Assembly (NCBI GenBank): GCA_051294375.1
Contig: CM119264.1
Location: 12,526,263-12,590,262 of the forward strand
DNA length: 64,000 nucleotides
From: Paraspadella gotoi
Taxonomy: Eukaryota > Animalia > Chaetognatha
Direction: 5' to 3'
Shown: one piece after another, positions 58,703 to 64,000 of the stretch
How the letters are laid out: every line of letters begins with the position of its first letter
How positions within the stretch are numbered: the first letter of the stretch is position 1
Notes under the pieces: generated by a model
The model's input: only the letters and a program-made list of their open reading frames with translations
Databases searched by the model: none
Told to the model about the DNA's origin: nothing
Position numbers and translations under genes: made by a program

Positions 58703-59870
58703 TTAAGGCCTATTCGTCGAGGACTACGGCGCCTCTCCTCGATATTCAAACAGGCCTCCGCCTTTTCTCTTTTTCCCCTTTATTTTTTTTTCTTTCTCTT
58801 TAGAAATTCACGCTGAAAACTTTCACGCCTCTCTCCCTCTTTCTATGTTCTTACCTCTCTCTCTCTCTCTCTCTCTCTCNNNNNNNNNNNNNNNNNNNNN
58901 NNNNNNNNNNNNNNNNNNNNNNNNNNNNNNNNNNNNNNNNNNNNNNNNNNNNNNNNNNNNNNNNNNNNNNNNNNNNNNNNNNNNNNNNNNNNNNNNNNNN
59001 NNNNNNNNNNNNNNNNNNNNNNNNNNNNNNNNNNNNNNNNNNNNNNNNNNNNNNNNNNNNNNNNNNNNNNNNNNNNNNNNNNNNNNNNNNNNNNNNNNNN
59101 NNNNNNNNNNNNNNNNNNNNNNNNNNNNNNNNNNNNNNNNNNNNNNNNNNNNNNNNNNNNNNNNNNNNNNNNNNNNNNNNNNNNNNNNNNNNNNNNNNNN
59201 NNNNNNNNNNNNNNNNNNNNNNNNNNNNNNNNNNNNNNNNNNNNNNNNNNNNNNNNNNNNNNNNNNNNNNNNNNNNNNNNNNNNNNNNNNNNNNNNNNNN
59301 NNNNNNNNNNNNNNNNNNNNNNNNNNNNNNNNNNNNNNNNNNNNNNNNNNNNNNNNNNNNNNNNNNNNNNNNNNNNNNNNNNNNNNNNNNNNNNNNNNNN
59401 NNNNNNNNNNNNNNNNNNNNNNNNNNNNNNNNNNNNNNNNNNNNNNNNNNNNNNNNNNNNNNNNNNNNNNNNNNNNNNNNNNNNNNNNNNNNNNNNNNNN
59501 NNNNNNNNNNNNNNNNNNNNNNNNNNNNNNNNNNNNNNNNNNNNNNNNNNNNNNNNNNNNNNNNNNNNNNNNNNNNNNNNNNNNNNNNNNNNNNNNNNNN
59601 NNNNNNNNNNNNNNNNNNNAGAAAGAGAGATAAAAAGAGAGAGACTTTGTCAATAAGGGCCGACATTAAGGGGAGAGAAACGAAAAGAGAAACAGAGAGA
59701 GAAATAGATTCTGAATAACTGAAAATGGGACAACCAACAAATGAACAAACAAGCGAACGTGTGTTTGAACAAACACATTAACAATTGAACGAATGAACCT
59801 AGAAGGCAAAGATCGAGAGCGATATAGTGATGGGCAAACATTAAATGACGCTGACGAAGACGTGGGCAAA

Positions 59871-59906
<36 letters not shown>

Positions 59907-60318
59907 ATTCCTCCCCTTTAAATCCGCGGTTCGAAGAGCGCGGCGGGGAGAGAGGTTCACCCCGCGATCCAAGATCGTCTTTAAATAAGCGATCGCGTGG
60001 CGGCGTAGCGGCGTCGCTCGGCTTCGTTTTCTTTCATCGCTCAAAGAAGCGTCGGTAATCATTTCTTGATCGCCTTAGAAATGATCCCTGTTTGCGTAGG
60101 CGTCGCTGCGAGCGTCAAAGGCGGGGGTTAGGGGCTCAGGGCGAACTAATGATCTCTATCGAGAAGGGAGAATCGATGGGCTGTCGGAGGATGGAAGATC
60201 GAGATTCGATTGGAACCAAAAGGAACAACACGGCTTTCTCCAATTAAACGAGTCTGTCCTGGTTCTTAGAAAAGACTGACGAAGACTCGAAATTTTCCCC
60301 AAAAACCGCGCTATCCAG

Positions 60319-60371
60319 GATGTCATCTGACGCCATCTCGGGTGCCATCTGACGTCATCTAGGGTGTCATT
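60319..60371. repeat. 22-bp tandem repeat (~2.4 units) built from GRYGYCATCT subunits
   Basis: gatgtcatct gacgccatct cg / ggtgccatct gacgtcatct ag / ggtgtcatt. Confidence 0.75.
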
Positions 60372-61385
60372 CGGGGAATGAAATCGAAGAATGAAACTGA
60401 GGAATGGGGATTTGAAGGTGAGGTGGGATGAAGGGTAGGAAGGGTAGGGCTGCAGGGATTGGAGGAAAGGGTGAGGTGGGCAGAGAATTAAAAAGGATGA
60501 AGGATAAAAATGAAAGAAGGAAGGAAAGGAAAGCGAAAAGGGAAAAAGGATTCTCAAACGTAGTCGGGAATCGCCGCCCGACATCCATCCAAATCTAAAG
60601 AGCTTTTTCGCGTTTTTGCGTTTTTTCTAATAAATCAAACGATATCCTAAACATCGGTCGGTCGGAGCCGACTGCTTTCTCTCTCNNNNNNNNNNNNNNN
60701 NNNNNNNNNNNNNNNNNNNNNNNNNNNNNNNNNNNNNNNNNNNNNNNNNNNNNNNNNNNNNNNNNNNNNNNNNNNNNNNNNNNNNNNNNNNNNNNNNNNN
60801 NNNNNNNNNNNNNNNNNNNNNNNNNNNNNNNNNNNNNNNNNNNNNNNNNNNNTTTTTTTTTTGTTATCGTGAATCGTGAATAAATCAAATCATTCCTTTG
60901 ACATGAAACTATATTCTATAATAAAATTACCCTAAAAATAACCCTATTCCGTTGCTTTGTAGTTGTTTGCTTGCTGTTTGTCTTTTTTTTCTTTCTTTTT
61001 CTTTCTTTCTTTCTTTCTTTCTTNNNNNNNNNNNNNNNNNNNNNNNNNATTCTTCTTCTTTTCTTTCTTTTCTTTCTTTCTTTCTTTCTTTTTTCTTTCT
61101 TTCTTTCTCTTTCTTCTTTTCTTTCTTCTTCTTTCTTTTCTTTCATTTTCTTTCCTTCCTTCCTTCCTTCCTCTTCCTTCTTCCTTTCTATTCTTTCAAT
61201 TTCCTTTCATAACTCATTCTTCGGCCGAGGCCGACTGGATGGGCCCCTGAAGCCCGCCTCGCCGCCTCGCCACCGCGGCCATCTTTCTATCCTCCGTTCT
61301 CCTTTCATTTTCTTTGGTTCTCATTCTCTTTTCCTTTCCTCCCTTCCTCCGTTTCCTTTCTCTCTCTCTCTTCTCTCTTCTCTCT

Positions 61386-61429
<44 letters not shown>

Positions 61430-62660
61430 TCTCTCTCTTTTTATTCATTCCCTCTTTCGCGGCAGAGCAGTTTCGCTCCTCGGATTGAACTCAGTGGAAT
61501 AATTAGACCGGAAGTGAAGTGAGACGGACGGCGAAAGTCGGAAAACCGACGTCGTTGAGAAGAGACGTAACCGATTTCGGCGCCAAAGGACGTCCGCCCG
61601 ACGCGAGACGGTTGAGACGACCGCGCCCGTCGCCGTTGGTTACGGCGGCGTTAAAGACGGGTGAAAGATTTTGTGACCTCGGTCCGGTCATTTTTCCCTG
61701 GACGTTTCAGTTGACCAAAAGGTAGACCATTTCAGTAGACCAGTCTTTCACCGCTCTTGTCGCTTTCTCGTGGCTTTCTTTCGGCCGAAAACCTCGTCAC
61801 TTGTTATTTCGATCAGAATCATTTTTAATCGGCCGTCTGTAACCGTAGTTTTTACGGATTCCAAGGATTTATTTTAAAAAACATTTATTCGACATTTAAT
61901 TATTTGCCTGGATTTATCTCTACGAAAATACATATTCTTTTTTATTTTTTTTTACGCTTCGTGCTTTAGTAAGGCCTTGCTTACAATCCTCGCATTTCAG
62001 ATAAAAAATAGTTTTTCCAGTATTGTTAGTTACTATTAACAAAATAATTTTAAATTGCCCCATATATAAATTAGGCCAAATATGGATTAGTTAAAACATC
62101 TCCAGCTATTTCTAATCATATAAGAGTAACATTTTTTGCAACTTTTAGGAAAAAAATCATGTCCATTTTTGTCCATTTTCACTTTCGTCTTCAAATTTGA
62201 AATGCCAAGGACAGTTGAGAAAATTTTTTTTATTTTGGAATTCCTTTCTTCCTTATCTTCTTCACCCCTGAGTAAAATATTTTCGCTTATAATCATTCAT
62301 AGTTCACTTATGAATTAATTTGAAAGTTGACAAGTCAAAAAGTCGCAGTTTTAGTTTTTATTATAATTATTATAACAAAAATAGTTAAATTAGCTTAAAC
62401 TAACAGAAAATATAACCCACAGAATAAGCTTTTAACACCTACAAAATTATCAAAAAAACTCATTTCGTTTAGCCATAGATATTTTTTAAAGACGACAATT
62501 AATTTGTGACTTTTGTGTGACTTGCATTTATTTTTAATAAAGATAAGATTTAAATTTATTTTATAGTTTTAAACAGTTCAGGACATACTGACGGTTAATA
62601 AAACAAAAAAACCGCATCCTTTTAAACCAATGGAAAGCGTCAGGACTTGTTTTTTCTCAG

Positions 62661-62705
62661 AATCGACAGATTTTGCGGAAATATTTTCCGCAAAATCTGT
62701 CGATT
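62661..62705. repeat. Perfect inverted repeat, 21-bp arms with a 3-nt loop
   Basis: AATCGACAGATTTTGCGGAAA-TAT-TTTCCGCAAAATCTGTCGATT. Confidence 0.95.
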
Positions 62706-63540
62706 TACTAAATTTGCCAGCAACCAACAAATTGAAAGAAAAATCATGAGATACCGTAAATTTCTTTTCTTATAATGGATTATAAAAAATTTCTTTGATT
62801 TGGCTCAATGTAAAGGCAGAAAAGTAGTGGAGGGAACATGAAAGGGAGAACAAGAAAAGGAGAAGGGGAGAATGAGAGAGAAAGGGGGAAAAGCATAAAA
62901 AAGAAGGCAAAGGAGAAAAATAAGGAGATAAAGGAAAGGCGGAAAAAGAAGGGAAAATGGAAAGAAAAGAGGGGGAAAGAGGGGAAAAGAAAGAGAAGGA
63001 GAGAAGGCAATAAAAGATAGGAAAGTGAAATAGTGGCAGAGAAAGGTAGGGTCATAGAAAAGGTAAGTTACGGCGTGAAAAAGTAGGGGAGGAAAGAGGA
63101 AGATAAAAATAGAAACACAGAGAAGAAAAGAGATGAAGAAAGAGAATCAGGGAAACGGTATGAAATGAAAAAAAAATGTATCAGATAATGTGGCATCTTG
63201 TCTGAAAAGTTTTGTGTAAATAAAGCCACAAAATTAGAAAGGAGGAATTTGATCTTTAAAGTTTGTTGGTACATATAAAAATTCATCATACTTTTTCATC
63301 TCAAATTAGGTTGTTAATGAGATTAGATTGATAATCTCCGAAGAAATCATTCTTACCGTTTTTTAACTCATAGAAATTTAACTGAACAGTACTAGGTAAT
63401 AAGAATGAGATAACCATAGCAAACCGTTTTTTTTAAATAAAGAAAAACTCATACTAATCACTGAGATCAAACACGAGATGGTAATTATATTAAGTTCAGA
63501 AATCGTTATCTAAAGGACGTCGATCGTACGTGGAGCCTAA

Positions 63541-64000
63541 GATACTACGAAATCCTTGCTCCTTGTCAAAACCTATTCATCCGACGGCCTACGCCTGGAA
63601 CGCGCGACCGCAGGCATAGAAAATACAAAAGATTTTCTACGACGGGTGCTTCTATTGTAGGTGATAGTTTAAAGAAGTCGCCCGCTGGTGGCGGCAATGT
63701 TTTGTTTGTGTTAGCCGAGTCAATTTTCTATTAACTTTAGCAATCTTGTTTGTTACGAATCAAAAAGTTACTCCGCTACATTTCTAGTCTTCCCTCCGTC
63801 ATAACGCCAAGCTCCATTCCTCCTCTCCTCTCATCGCTCTTCTTTTCTCTACACATCTATTTGCCCTTTTCGCAACTTCTCTCCTCTCTCTTTGATTCAA
63901 CTTCTCTCCTCCTCCTCTTTTCAAACTTCTCTCTTTCCTTCCCCTTCCTTTCCATCGATACTACGAAATCCTTGCTCCTTGTCAAAACCTATTCATCCGA
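63541..64000 (+). repeat. Direct repeat: 63541-63584 recurs exactly at 63957-64000 (416-bp spacing, runs off the window)
   Basis: gatactacgaaatccttgctccttgtcaaaacctattcatccga occurs twice. Confidence 0.9.

Noticed and set aside
60277-60300. Second hammerhead-like CTGACGA...CGAAA
   Set aside because: Stem II would be a single base pair and helices I and III do not form.

Overview
Eukaryotic, AT-rich but CpG-rich, essentially non-coding DNA, probably a large intron or intergenic regulatory region of an invertebrate (most likely an insect; this is inferred from composition only). It is saturated with (GA)n/(CT)n, (GAC)n, (ATC)n, (AAAT)n and (TTTC)n microsatellites. I recognise no protein-coding gene, rRNA, intact tRNA or CRISPR array; nearly all ORF-track entries are microsatellite or N-gap read-throughs. 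About two thirds of the window belongs to near-identical duplicated blocks. Block A is 569-7383 / 7409-~14260; block X is 27677-30420 with an inverted copy at 36826-39659 and a partial copy at 36103-36800; block Y is 30436-~35540 / 39661-~44770; block C is 45714-48608 / 48609-~51980. The copies differ mostly by 1-bp indels and several abut exactly-25-N gaps, which points to long-read gap-filling artefacts. The best-supported biological signals are: (1) a ~2.3-kb non-autonomous element with ~170-bp GC-rich terminal inverted repeats (GAG...CTC) sitting inside a (CT)n tract; (2) a minimal Penelope-type hammerhead ribozyme core followed by AATAAA; (3) a clean 159-bp TA-flanked Tc1/mariner-type MITE and an older ~610-bp one; (4) a perfect 21-bp-arm palindrome; (5) a 17-bp minisatellite with 3 versus ~23 units between duplicate copies. 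Several transcription-factor motif clusters and candidate exons are speculative.
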